Below, one piece after another: positions 50,985 through 63,244 of a stretch of DNA of 64,000 bases. Positions within the stretch are counted from its first letter, which is position 1; each line of letters begins with the position of its first letter. Location: contig RDEW01000041.1 of NCBI GenBank assembly GCA_011109175.1, forward strand, positions 124,001 through 188,000, written 5' to 3'. This stretch comes from Dicyema japonicum (taxonomy: Eukaryota > Animalia > Dicyemida). A program made the position numbers and the translations under genes. Under the pieces are notes generated by a model that made no database searches, was not told the origin of the DNA, and saw only the letters and a list, made by a program, of their open reading frames with translations.

Positions 50985-51670
50985 AATAAAAACAATTAGG
51001 GTGCCTCAAATTTTTAGAAAATACAAAAAGGTGCCTCGCCTCAAAAAAGTTTGGGAACCACTGGTCTAAATACAAATGACAAAAATACGAAACAGAGGCT
51101 AAAAAAGAAAAAAACAGTCATCAAAAAGAAAATAAGAAAAGCTGCACGTCGGATATTAAAGAACGAATCAATAACAAAATAGGAGAAAATCGAAAGGCCT
51201 TAGACAATGCGAAGTTTTATGAGGCTGTTGGACAAATCAGAAAACTACCAATGAAAACACTGACTTTACGAGATGAAAAAGGAAAAAATAGCCGACAAAA
51301 AGTTGCAGAACTTATAGCGGACTATTTTGATGCACAATTCATATCAAAAATAGCAAAAAACTCACAATTAACAGGGATCGGGGAAAATTAGACAAAGAAA
51401 TAACTTTGGAAGAAGTATTGACAGCAAGTTTCAAACTGAAGGACAATAAGAGTCCCGGTCCAGATGGCTTGAATGGTGAATTTTTCAAATATGGAGCGCA
51501 AAAACTATACAAGACAATTGCCTGGATTCTAAACGAAACGTACGGTAAAGTAGTTACCTTGCCACTTGGAGAAGGACTACTGGTACCAGTACAGCGGGGA
51601 AAGTTGAGAACCAAAGACCAGTGGTTTTGACCAACACATTACGGAAGTTACTAGCCAATTGCACATGCTT

Positions 51671-52330
51671 TGTCAGATCTCGCCATCTCGCACGTGTCTA
51701 TAATAATAATATTCCCCATACAGATAATGGAGAGAAATTCAAAAATTCCCACTGCGAAAATTACAATATTTCCCATGTTACGCAACAGCACGAGGTTTAT
51801 GGATACAAGGACAAGTCGAACGGTATTTTTTGTTTAATGTCAATAGATGTAGTCAATAAATAAAAGATGGATCTCATTGGCGAGTGCATCGAGAGGCAAT
51901 TTTGGATGCTACATTCATTTGATGAAAGACATTGTTCGCGATTATAAGCAAGCTGTCCACGATACAACAAAACAAACACCATTTGAAATTTTTTTCAATG
52001 TGAATCTGAAAATATCAAAAAAGGGAATTAGAAGCGATATAAAATGAAAATCTTCAATATAGAAATCAATATGGATTGAAAGAATATAAAGGAAAAATCT
52101 TCAATATCAAATATTTGAAAAAATATATCACTGATTAGTCCAGGAATTACGCAAATTTCAGAAATTGGCAAAATGCTACCATCAACATTTTGCCAATAGC
52201 CATCCAGCACTGATCAGATACATAATAATACATCTGAGATATCTAAAATACATAACATTGAAGTATACCTGTGAGAAATCTAAGATATTTAAATATAACT
52301 ATGAATAAATAATCTTTTTGAAGATAAAGT
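51671..52330 (+). mobile_element. Decayed retroviral-type DDE integrase (Ginger/TDD-like) fragment with a micro-intron
   Basis: HTDNG, IQGQVER[intron GTATTTTTTGTTTAATGTCAATAG] and VHDTTKQTPFEIF; starts with TGT; no matching right TIR seen. Confidence 0.65.
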
Positions 52331-52559
52331 ATTAGTTCAACAAAACCACATGAAAGCCAAACATCAACATGTATTTAGATTAAAAATAAGTTTTAAAATT
52401 TTAAATATAGTAAATTATTAAAATTTTTAATTTTAATTCTTCATTTTCTTAAATATGTAAAGTTCTCACTGGGTTCGATTTGAGTCTCTCGAGCGATCAA
52501 TAATTAAGGTTCTGGATGCGCTCAAGTACATTTAATGCACCTCGAAAAGGGATCATTGG

Positions 52560-53130
52560 CTTTCTTTCATCAGGGAACATTTGGTTGATGAATTTCTGGC
52601 TAAGCATCTGTTTCTCGGACGTCTGTTTCTGACCGACGCAAACCAAAGGATCGGAAAACTTGTGTATTTGCCTATTTATTTAGGGCTCCGTGATCACCGA
52701 GAAAGATTGGCAGAGAAAACCATCGAATGTCTGTGGTCTCCCATTGTTCCCACTACCTTACGAAAAAACCTTCTCTCATTCCCGCAGAGGAATACGATTG
52801 GAGAGGGAATTTTTTATCCAATCGACTTTCATTTGCCTTCGAAAAAGACAAGCCAATCGGTTTCTATCTTCTTCACAGATCCGAAAGAATCCGGATCCGC
52901 TATTACTGGTCGTTTCTTTAGTTAGTATAGATTAATTGTTGATCCAATATGAGAGCCCAGCATATGTATAGTCTACGGTATATCAACTTGAGTCTGTGGA
53001 GCGTAGTCTCAGATAACGCGAATCTCCACGCAACAGAGGAATACTTCACGCAACCATCCTCAGGCTATCGTTATACAACCTTACCAGTCTCCCCAGTAGA
53101 CTTACAGGGGCATTTTTAAAGAGGATCAAT
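52560..53130 (-). mobile_element. LINE family D 3' fragment
   Basis: Shares the GSGFF..CEE..RLD.KFPS block with 19530-20100 and 34585-34900. Confidence 0.75.
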
Positions 53131-53134
53131 GGAA

Positions 53135-54540
53135 TTTGATCCTCTTTAAAAATGCCTTGCAAATAGCAGATAGGACCTCTTCCATGGCCATTGCCTGGAA
53201 AGCAGCGAAAGCTGAACAGTATGGGCCTCTCCGAAGAGATAACATATTCACTTGGAAGAACTATCGTGACTTGCTGCGAATATCTCCTCAATTTCGGCAT
53301 GGTCCGAGTTTCAGAACCATCCGAGCGACCTCATCAATGAACAATTTTATTTCTGGCCTAATTTTTTTGAATAATATCGACAAACCTCATGCTTTTAAAA
53401 TGAGTTCCCCAAGGCTCCGCTTTGTCCCCTACCTTATTCAACTTGCACCTAAGCGACATTCCAACCAATTCCAAGACACCTCTCCTATCATATGCGGATG
53501 ACCTGATTATCGCTACTAAAGATAATCTTAACGAAGTAACGAAACATGTTCAGAACCACTTGAACATTCTTGAAGAGTGGCTTGGAGCAAAATACCCACC
53601 CCTTCTCCATCGAAATCCACCGTAACTGTATTCACGTTCAACCGTCTCCAACTAAATTTTCAACCATTTTTAACAATTCATGGACAAAAACTCCCCGTTA
53701 CGAAACATCACAAAATACTTGGAGTTATTTATGACCAACTACTAACTTTCTCGAAACATGTGGAAGAACAATGTACAAAGGCTTCTCGCAAGATCAACGT
53801 ACTTAAAGCTGTGTCAGGCCATTACTTCGGCCAAAGCAAAGAAGCCCTAATTATCATATATAAACAATTCATTCAAACAACTATTAAATGATGGTCCTCA
53901 CTGGTCAACCTCTGCCTCCCTTACTTTTATCGACATCTACAAAAAGTCCAAAACATTGCGCTCAGAACGATTACTGAATGTCTCAGATCAACCCCTATTG
54001 ATAATCTACACTGGGAATCATAGATCAATTGGAGACCATTGGAAATGAGAGCACTGCAGTTCCTCTCCCAAGCCTACAGACTAGACCATCTCTGCCACTC
54101 TATGCAAACCCCAAAACAAAGAAAAATTACTGACAACCAGTTACCTGTCTAGAAAGCTATCATCCACCCCTTCCAACCCCAAACAGATACACGATTTTGT
54201 TTCTGAGAAGAATCCGAAAATTCGATGATAATAAAATACTAAACCGGCTCCCTCCTCCAATAGACCAACCAGAATCCTCTTTTCCGAGGGACATCCGGGT
54301 AAACCTGGCACGTCTACAATGTGGGCACCACCCCTCCTTACCGACGTAAGATTTCCTCTGTCCTTTTGCAACCTTTACGTGTTGACAACAAACCACCTAT
54401 TTGAATGTCATAAGCACACCGTTCGTCTACAAAGCTGTGACGACCGATCTATGAGAGCGACCAACATTTGCTGCGTTCTATTTAATAGTTACTTGCCTCC
54501 TACAAGTTAGTGACGTCGGGTTACTTAACTAATTAACTAT
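53135..54540 (+). mobile_element. LINE (RT C-terminal half, CCHC-like motif, TAAC tail)
   Basis: LSPTLFN, SYADD, KILGVIYD, QNIALRTIT and TTNHLFECH; ends TAACTAATTAACT. Confidence 0.88.
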
Positions 54541-54720
54541 GGCGAGCGAAATTTGCTCAAATAAACCAGCGGCGCTCAGGGGATCTCCTGATCGTGTAGT
54601 AATCTGATTCTTTAGACGATTCAAGAATTTCAAGGGAACCAGACGTCTCAACGGCGAGTGGAACAGACAAAAAATCATTGGTAGGACCGCGTACTTTGCC
54701 CGCTTCAACCTCTCGGCATA
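54541..54720 (-). mobile_element. CRE-like RLE fragment
   Basis: VPLAVETSGSL..RSGDP.ERRW..EQISLA; same family as 7190-9500. Confidence 0.7.
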
Positions 54721-54880
54721 GTATTGTATGACTCCGAGACTTCAAGATATTTACCTTTTTCGAAGACATGTGTTTTACTTTTTTACAATATGAAGTATTT
54801 TCCGTTTGTCATGTTCGGGTAGGAAATTTGACTTTTGAAAATACTTTTGTTTTTTACCAAAGTGTCATAAGCACATATTA

Positions 54881-56814
54881 TGTCACATGGGCGGCGCGTA
54901 ACGCATGGGCAGCCTGTTACATTTTTTCGACCTTGAAAAGATTTTTTGATTATCCGACATTATTATTATTAATGTCGGATCACTGGGTCAAAAAGAAAGA
55001 AATAAAAGTTCTCATCTAACTAAGTGATCCCAGACCGACAAAGTGAGGATGAGTCCTCATTGGATTATCCGACATTTAATTTTGTATATCCGATTTATAT
55101 CGTGATTTAATCCTGTTAAATTAGTTTTTTATTCATAAATGTTATGATTATAAAGATTTTATTTTTTATAGCGGTAAACCTAGATTTCTAGCGTGATTTA
55201 TAGCATGGAAGATTATTTTGTTGCAATGGCTTCTTACAAGGGTTTTGTGAAAGATTGCGTTGAATATCAAACTTTAAAAGATGCTTTGCATGATAAATTT
55301 CCCGAAAATCTTCCGAGGCACCGAAAATATAGGCTTGTAAAGAAGATAGAGAATTTTTCTATTATCAATGACAGGTATTGTAAATTTTCAATAATTTTAG
55401 ACTGTATCTTAAATCAACTGATCCCAAGTTAGTCATATCCCTGGATAATGAAACCGAAATGGAGCATGTTGCGAAATCGTTGCACGAGTTTTCACACGGA
55501 GGAGTCAATAAAATTGAGTATGAATGTCGACAAAGATACTTCACTGTAAAGAATGAGATTATCAGAAAAGTCATTCGAAATTGTGAAGTCTGCAAATTTT
55601 CGCGTCCTTTAAAAGTTCGTGATTTTTTATAATTGTAGATTGGAGATATAAATCACCATGTGTTTGCTTCTTCTCCAAATGAACGTTTTCAGATAGATCT
55701 AATAGACCTGAAAAAATTTTCAACATTAAATGAAAATTTCAAATGGATTTTAACGGTCATTGACATATATAGTAGGTGGTTTTTTTTTAATTTATAGATT
55801 CGCTTTTGTACGACCACTCTATAATAAGTCTGGTAAAGAAGTATGTGAAAACTTAAGATCTTTGTTCCGCCTGAATGGGCCATGTAAATTTCTTCAGTCG
55901 GACAATGGTTCTGAATTTAAAAATCAAGAAATAACAAAACTTTGCGAAGATTTTAACATTAAGCAAATTCACGGAAGGCCTAACAATCCACGAGCACAAG
56001 GAATTGTCGAAAGATTTAATCAGACGATCACGAGGAAGTTGTCAAAAATGCTGGATAACAGTGAAAAAAAGTGGCTTGATAAATTAGAAAGTGCTGTCTA
56101 CAGTTACAACATATCGGTCCATTCATTTTCTAACGAAAGTCCTTTCGAAAGATATCGAGGAATTAAGGGAATAAATTCAATAATTAATGGTTATACTTAT
56201 ATCATTATGACTTAGATAATTTAAGTGATGAGTGTGCGATTCCAGAACAAATTGACGATTTGGTTAATTGTTCGACTCCAGAATCTATTGAAAATTCACG
56301 TAGTTTGATTTAAAAAATTTATATCTAGATAATTCCCAGTCAGATAATTTGTGTCCGAATGCGAAGAGATTCAATTCGAAATTAAATCGATTGAAGAAAA
56401 TTCAATTATTACAAAGCTATGAACAGGAAAATGAATGTTCATAATAGTAAATATACTTTTAACATGGGAGATAAAGTATGAATCAAAAACATTAATAAAT
56501 AGGTTCGGGCTAAAAAGGACTTTGGAACAAATCCCTCATTGCGACTGGATAAGTTTGAGTCTCAGTATTATCCAGTTGCAGAAATAATTAATATTTTATC
56601 GAATAATCGCGTGGAGGTAGTTTTAAATAGTTTAATTTGATAGATAAAAAATTCGAAAGGAGAAATATCGACTGTATTAATGAGTAGACTAAAAAAAGTT
56701 ACTTAAATTTAATTTTTTGTGGTTAATAAATCATTTATAAAATTAATTGAAGTTAATCTTGGTTCAAGGTTAATGTAACAGGCTGCCCATAGGTAACGCT
56801 TGGCCCATGTGACA
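54881..56814 (+). mobile_element. Ginger2/TDD-type DNA transposon with both ends intact
   Basis: TGT...ACA termini; ~43-bp imperfect TIRs (TGTCACATGGGC..ATGGGCAGCCTGTTACATT); perfect 5-bp TSD TATTA (54876-880 and 56815-819); integrase gene inside; no RT or gag. Confidence 0.92.
55205..56706 (+). CDS. DDE integrase/transposase with 7 micro-introns (55375-400, 55615-638, 55776-797, 56190-215, 56300-328, 56476-502, 56617-643); frame break near 56340-56410
   Basis: HHCC (LHEFSHGG..CEVC), FQIDLIDL, VIDIYSRF, QSDNGSEF, AQGIVERFNQT, YNISVH..SPFE and C-terminal FNMGDKV..SRLKKVT*. Confidence 0.9.
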
Positions 56815-57052
56815 TATTAAGGTCAAAATATCATCCAAATTGTTAGAAGGCGCTAACACTGTGTTATACCCAAAATTAATTGGTCAAAAAACGTGTTTAT
56901 TGGTGCTAGTGAGGTATTTTGAGTCTCTTAATGTCAATGCTAAAACTTAATGGTGGAATTGTTTCCAATTCTTATTAGCATCTTCTGTCATTAATTTAGA
57001 TAGATCTCTCGTCAAACTTTGGTTAAATTATGGCTCTTTCTTGATAGTCCTG

Positions 57053-57290
57053 GGCGCGTGGCGTCATGTGGTGCTATGTAGCTAGTTGGTCAAAAATATT
57101 TTCCTTCTCTACGATGGCGTCATTGGATCCACTTTACTGAGGAGACGCCCAATGCCTGGTCGACATCAAGAGGATCCAACTATTCTTTCCTCGAAAGACA
57201 ATGTTACCTGGGGACATGTTCTGGAGCGCTGAAATGAGTCAGGATCAAGGAGTTAGTTAGTTTGGTTATTCTTGGTCTTTGGAATAATTT
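57053..57290 (+). mobile_element. SINE-like family 2 copy
   Basis: Matches 18512-18727 through to CAGGATCAAGGAGTTAGTTAGTTTGGTT..GGTCTTTGGAAT. Confidence 0.78.
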
Positions 57291-57826
57291 TTATTTTTTT
57301 TAATAATTTTTCAAAAGGGCCCCTTCTCCTCACAAGTACTTCAAATGGAGTTGGGATTAGTGGCGAAAAGGAGAACTCTTGTATGGCCATCGTGAGTATT
57401 TCTTGTAAGGAATTAGGTTGATATAACATAGATTAGTGCCCCATGCCGCACAGCAGTTGTATGCATTGCGTGTAAAGATGCTTTAATGTTGAGTGAAAAC
57501 TAACTTTAATGATTCTACATTAATTGAAGGTCAAATAATCAAAAGTTATCAGATCAATAAATTAAAGCATTTAATTCAGTATTAATTAAGTATTTGTTAT
57601 CAAAGTCAAAGTTATTGTATTGAATGTAACTAAATAAGATAAAATGTATAATTATCCCTAAGCACATTTGTGCAAATAATACAAGAGAATGAGAAAAAAC
57701 AAATCCTAAAATAATTGAATTTTGACGTCACATAACAATAATGTAACGTAACTACAATAATATCAAATTTGATCTAAATCGTAAATATTTGAATAAAATT
57801 GATTTTACGGCGATTACAAGACAAAT

Positions 57827-58980
57827 ATGGCAAATATTGACAATGACATTCTCAGACGGGAAACTGGGTTTTTTGATATTCATAAAAGTCTTAAGGTAGC
57901 ATTATTTGACAATATTGTAGAAAAGTTCTCAAATTTGGGATGCTTACATCAACAAGGCTGTCAAATTATCCTCAGTACTAAAGTAGTCATTCATGTAAGT
58001 TACAGTATTGTAAAGCCTGCAATTAGCGAGTATGTTAAGACTATGGAGACGATCGGGTACTTCTTTTACACATCATCAGATTGCAAAGATATTGGATCGA
58101 CTATTTTAAAGATATCTTCTGAATTTGCTAATTTTAATGAAAATGTTGAACTTTTGGCCGTCTCTCTGACAAATGAATCAGGAAATATTTTTGACAATTT
58201 GAAACACGTGCTCAGAAGGACGCTCTGAACTATGATCGCTTATACAATCAGCAAATGAAACAGAAACTTAATGACTATAGGATCTCGTCACATGAGCTTC
58301 AAAAGAAGGAGAAGAAAGCTATCAAAAGTACCACATCCCTATCATTCGTAGAAATGTATCCCCCGAATTATTAGAATTGTTGAGGAACAGGAAAGATGCA
58401 GATCGTAAAAATGTTATAGACAAACAAGAAGTCTTATCCACGGAACTTCGTAGTAAAAGACGTAACCTTGGGTCAATATTTCTTTCTCACATGGAATTGG
58501 TTGTGGTAACCTTTTGGTTAATAAAGACTTCAAACTCAAATATGTTTGATTCAGAGTTAATTAGTGATGTGGCCACATTAGCCAAGGAGGAAACTTATCG
58601 ATTCAAAAACTGTCAGAGTATAAAAGATAATAAACCAATTAAATATGAAAAAATATACAACAAAGAATATGTTTATATTTATAATATTAAAAGTCTGAAA
58701 ATAATCCTGAAGAATCAAGTTCATCAGTTAACATTGAAAGTAAAATGATACCAACAACAAATGCTTCAATCAAAGAGACTGTCTATGGAAAACTTCCACT
58801 GAGAAATCAATTGAAACAGGCAAAGCAATTCGACGTCAGAAAAAGGAAAGCGTTGACAACCAATGATATATTTAAAGAGGATAACTTTAAACTAGAACTT
58901 GACGAAACTATAAATACCAGATCTAAGGTATAAAATTTTTAAAATTTAGATATATGATGATATTTATCATTATAATTAAT
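57827..58980 (+). CDS. IMD/I-BAR (MIM/IRSp53-like) domain protein; micro-introns; two apparent 1-nt frameshifts; 3' end approximate
   Basis: ALFDNIVEKF..AISEYVKTMETIG..CKDIGSTILKIS..(K)DALNYDRLYNQQMKQKLNDYRISSHELQKKEKKAIK resembles the MTSS1/IRSp53 IMD helices. Confidence 0.6.
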
Positions 58981-59206
58981 TATTATTTTTCTAAAGTTTT
59001 TAAAATTAATAAAATTTTATTTTAAATTTAAAATTAAGACATTTGTTACAGAACATGTACACTGTCGTCATTGATTACATACTTGTCAATAGTCAATTGC
59101 ACTTTACATTCCATTTATGAGTCTAATAGTGTAAAAACATATAAAGGCGCATACATTAACACAAAATAGTTAGTAACTGTATTATATTCCCATGGTCACA
59201 TAAGTA

Positions 59207-59346
59207 CAGTCATACCTATCGAATCCGCTTGTTTTAATCGATAATTTTGAATCTTAGATTGTAAGAACTAAAATAGATTTTTTAACATTTAAATTTCGCC
59301 GATTTTGAGACTGGCCAAAAATAGGCGGATTCGAGAGGTTCTACTG
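59207..59346. mobile_element. 140-bp pogo/Tigger-type MITE
   Basis: TA TSD; TIRs CAGTCATACCTATCGAATCCGC versus CAGTAGAACCTCTCGAATCCGC (18 of 22 match). Confidence 0.85.
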
Positions 59347-59539
59347 TAAATACCTTCCAATATCATGTCCACCCAGAGATTTAAATTACTTATTTATATA
59401 ACCCAGGAAACGCCGAGAAAGAACGTACTAGTAACCTGACTAAGTAACTCATCTTGGTTTCCCTTATTTCCTTGCCATTTTTGTCTTTTTGTTGGTTGAA
59501 CTGGTGACGTGGTTCTGAATAATTATGTCTATTTCACAC

Positions 59540-61600
59540 ATGACGAATGATCTCTTCACACTTGCGTCATTCAACGTCTGAGGATTGAAAGAAAAACATA
59601 AAAGGGAGGATTTAATAAGTGACGTAACATCATACAAAGTCACTATATGCAGTATACAGGAGACTAAAGTGAAGGATGCAATTGAGGAGAATTACGGAGA
59701 GTGTAGACTTTACTACTAGACTCGAATGCTACGGACTTGGCTTTGTCATACATCAATGTCTTGATGGGAGATTCCACAGAGTGTGGAGGGTGAATGACAG
59801 AATATCAGTACTCCAGATTAAGAGTGGAAGGACTGATAATTTTCCTTTATATCCATAATGAAAGTGTACGCGCCCACAATGGCGAGAATTTCTACAAATC
59901 CCGATGAACTTGATCTGTTTTATATGCCACTAACGGATATCATCTCTAATCTGGTGATTGGAATGCTAAAGTGGGACACTGCCCATGGAGAGAACCCTGT
60001 ATGGGTAGACATGACAGAGGAGGAGAATATGTCAGGAGAATCGCTCGTGCAATTTTGTAACATGTTTGCCTACTTCATTTGTAATTCTGCATTCAACCAC
60101 AATGCGAGGCATAAGACTACGTGGACTGGACTCAGAAAGGATAGAAACGGTGACTATATCCGGATATACAACCAGATTGATTATGTTATGTGTAAAAGAT
60201 CTCTTCGTACTTTACTAACAGACTCCCGCAGCTATGGAGGCACCATCACTTATAGTGATCATAAACTGTTGGTTGCACGTTTCAGAATGAAAAGATATTT
60301 CGGAATAGATGGAACTAGAAAGAAGAGAGCTTATCTGGATTGTTTTATTGTGGAAAAATTATGTTTAAGTGAGAAGACACGTGAAGATTATTGTATGGCG
60401 ATTAAGAAGGAGATTGTGAACATAAATATGGAAAATCCCCCAAAGATGATTTGGAATGCTACTGTTGGTGGAATAAAGAAGGCAAGTTTCGACGTGCTTG
60501 GGGAAAAAAGACCGGCAGGATTTAAAGGGGTCTTCGATCACGAAATTGGATCATTATCAATTAAACAAAAAAATTGCGGCTGAAAATGGAATCATGTACA
60601 AATAATGATACTTACAACGAGTTAAGAAGAGAAAGAAATCGTATTGTCAAGGAGATTAGAAGAAGGAAGAAGGAAATTTATGTCAAGAAAATTGACGAAC
60701 GTGTCAGTGAAATTGGATACGGGAACGCAAATGTTTTGAACAGTTCGCCTTTTACAGAGGGGAGTTTAACTAACGAATATTTGTATTCACGACAGTCAAG
60801 GAAGAAATGTATTGAATAATAAAGAAAAAACTGAGATTATTGTTGAACATTTTTCAGGATTTTTGAATGAAAATGAAACCTCAGATGTGGAGCCATTTGA
60901 GAAATCACCAAGAAGCCTGAATCTACCGATATCTACAGAGGAAACTAATCATTAAATTAAACAACAACAGGGCAGCGTAACCAGACAACATACATGGAGA
61001 CATGATCAAGTATGCACCAGGCGAACTGACAACCCTCATTACAAAGATTTTCAATAAGGTATTTGGGACGCATTCTCCCTTGAAACTTGGTGATGGAATT
61101 TTGATTCCTCTCATAAATCAGCAAAGAGCAAGGACCGATAAAAAATCTAAGACCTGTGATATTACTGGGATCATTGAGGAAGATACTATCTCTGATAACT
61201 CTTAGTCGGATATCTTCTGATGTTATGAATTTTTGTCGCCGGGAGAGTGTGGGTTCAGAAAGGGACGCACGACCGCAGATGCTGTTTGGTCCCACAGGTG
61301 GATATATGCCGTGTGTCAACGATACAGGAGTGATTTTAAGATTTTGGGAGTTGACATGTCCAGTGCGTTTGACACTGTCAACAGAAAAACATTGTTGGAC
61401 GTTGCTGGGAGTTTTCTTGATGAGGATAACACTATATAAGAGTTCTAGCCACTGCCATGTATAAGAAAATGCAGAAGATATGGAGTCCATGAAAACTAAT
61501 AAAAACAAATTTAAGAATAAGACTACACAACGCATATATAAAGCTAGTGCTCATGTACAACTCGGGTACATGGGAGGCCACAGAGCTAGAGCTCAAGAAA
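59540..61600 (+). mobile_element. RTE-like LINE (APE + RT), decayed
   Basis: LASFNV.GL, CSIQETK, KVYAPT, YNQIDYVMC..DSRSYGG..SDHKLL and GFRKGRTTAD..VDMSSAFDTVNR. Confidence 0.88.
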
Positions 61601-62019
61601 ATGAAAAAATCGTTAAATTTAAAAAATTTTTTATAAATTATTAAAAATCCTAAAAAAATCAATTTTTAACGAAAATATTATTAACGAAAACGTTTTTTTG
61701 CATTTTGACTGATGTGTGCACGTAAGAATAATGCAAAAAACAATCGATGAAAGCCATGCTGACTTTTTATCGAAAATGTCATTCTATGATCTCAAAGATG
61801 TGTTTAGTGTGACGAAACCGCATTGTTTTTTACACGTAAAACGTCGACGTTACAATCCGAAGTAAGAGCATCAGGAAATTTTTATAAGTACAGAATTACA
61901 CTTATGTTGTACTAATTATTGGGGGGATAAAATAATAACGAAAATTTGAAATAATTTTCGTTAAATAAAAATCCACTGTATTTCATCGAAAACAATTACG
62001 CAATTTAATGGGCCTAGGT

Positions 62020-62440
62020 CAGAGCTTTTCAAAAAATAATTCTCGCAGCACACTAATCGTAAAAAAATAATCCACGGCACACATTAAAAAAAAAAAAATT
62101 AAATTTTAAGATGTGTAAAACTAAGTACAAAAATTGGTAATTTAATGCCCAAATTTTTATTAATAAAAAATGAATTCTTAATTATTATTGTTTTTGCATA
62201 TATCATCAATATCAGGTCGAATGGTTGACAAAAGCACTCTCATTTCAGCACAAATCGGACGAGAAACAGTATTATCTGACAAAGGTATCTTCATTATTTT
62301 TTGTTCATATTTATGACCAAACATAGTCGAGCTAATACGACAAGCAGGGAGTTTTGTTTTGTTTTTTTGTTTTGCTATCACTTCTGAGATCATGAACATT
62401 TCAATGATTCCTTTGTGTTTAAAAAAGTTTCACTGAACAT
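62020..62440 (-). mobile_element. hAT (Buster-like) deletion fragment
   Basis: LPAC..MFG..IPLSDNTVSR fused to C-terminal EMRVLLSTIRPDIDDICK; terminus-like CAGAGCTTTTCAAA at 62020. Confidence 0.7.
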
Positions 62441-62699
62441 CAGTCAGAGAAAGACCCAGAGTCACTCTACCCGTGGCTCTGAACAAGGATATTGATGGAA
62501 TTAAAAGAAAACTTAAATGTGCAGAAGACCTAGAAGATCAGAGGGCTATGGAGACGCCTAGTGAAGGAAATTTCGAAACGTGTGGCCCAAACGGGACCTT
62601 AGTTAATGCAACGTTCCTTGGTTCTGTGAAAGTGCTTTTACTAATAATTAATAATACGGATGGAAAATAGATTTCATGGCTCTTGATAGAACTATAGGG

Positions 62700-62940
62700 A
62701 TCCGTGGCCATTCTTTAGTATTGACAACTCCGACAGACGAGTGTTAGGATCCGTTCGATTCTGTAAAAAACGTATAGTCTTTTCTTAAGTAGCTGATTTT
62801 TTCTGACGACGACGCAGAGAGTAAATACCTCCATGAAACACAATTAAATTCTATAGAAGACACAATGGTTTTTCTGTATAATTTGCGTTTACAGTCTTTT
62901 AATGAGTAAAGACACCCTGCACAATTGCCTGACGCCATTC
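62700..62940 (-). mobile_element. LINE family D fragment
   Basis: LYRKTIVSSIEFNCVSWRYLLS..ESNGS aligns with the other family D copies. Confidence 0.55.
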
Positions 62941-63244
62941 AACTTATAGAGTCCTATCGTTATGATTTGGTTGGCATGCCTTATGATGGTCATATCAGGC
63001 CAAGGATTTCAGAGTTTTTGAAACCGCTATAGACACATATCCCAGGCGGACCTCAGGAGCATCATTGAGCCACGTGGATAGAGTAAATGTAGATTTTGAA
63101 AATGACAAACATTTTATTCCGTGAAATCCAATTCATCTTACGATCAAGGTATGCCTAAACAAAAGTAGAACATAATGTAATATCAGGTAACATGGTTGGT
63201 GTTCAACAATAGTGGGTGCTTAATGTTCAGGTCACCACGATAAC

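Larger units (their letters stand above)
48747..51063 (+). mobile_element. hAT (Buster-like) transposon, decayed, with a 28-nt intron (50025-50052)
   Basis: TIRs CACTGGTTCCCAAA / TTTGGGAACCACTG; TSD GTATAAAT / GTCTAAAT; EASYE|ISYLIAKNRKAYTI..LIKP, FSIQFDKSTDV and LPFSTTY..FGFS. Confidence 0.92.
48100..51660 (+). mobile_element. RTE-like LINE (APE-RT) split by hAT 48747-51063
   Basis: FNVRG, CLQ(E)TK and DSDHKMVI, then KSPGPDGLNGEFFKYG after the insertion. Confidence 0.78.
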
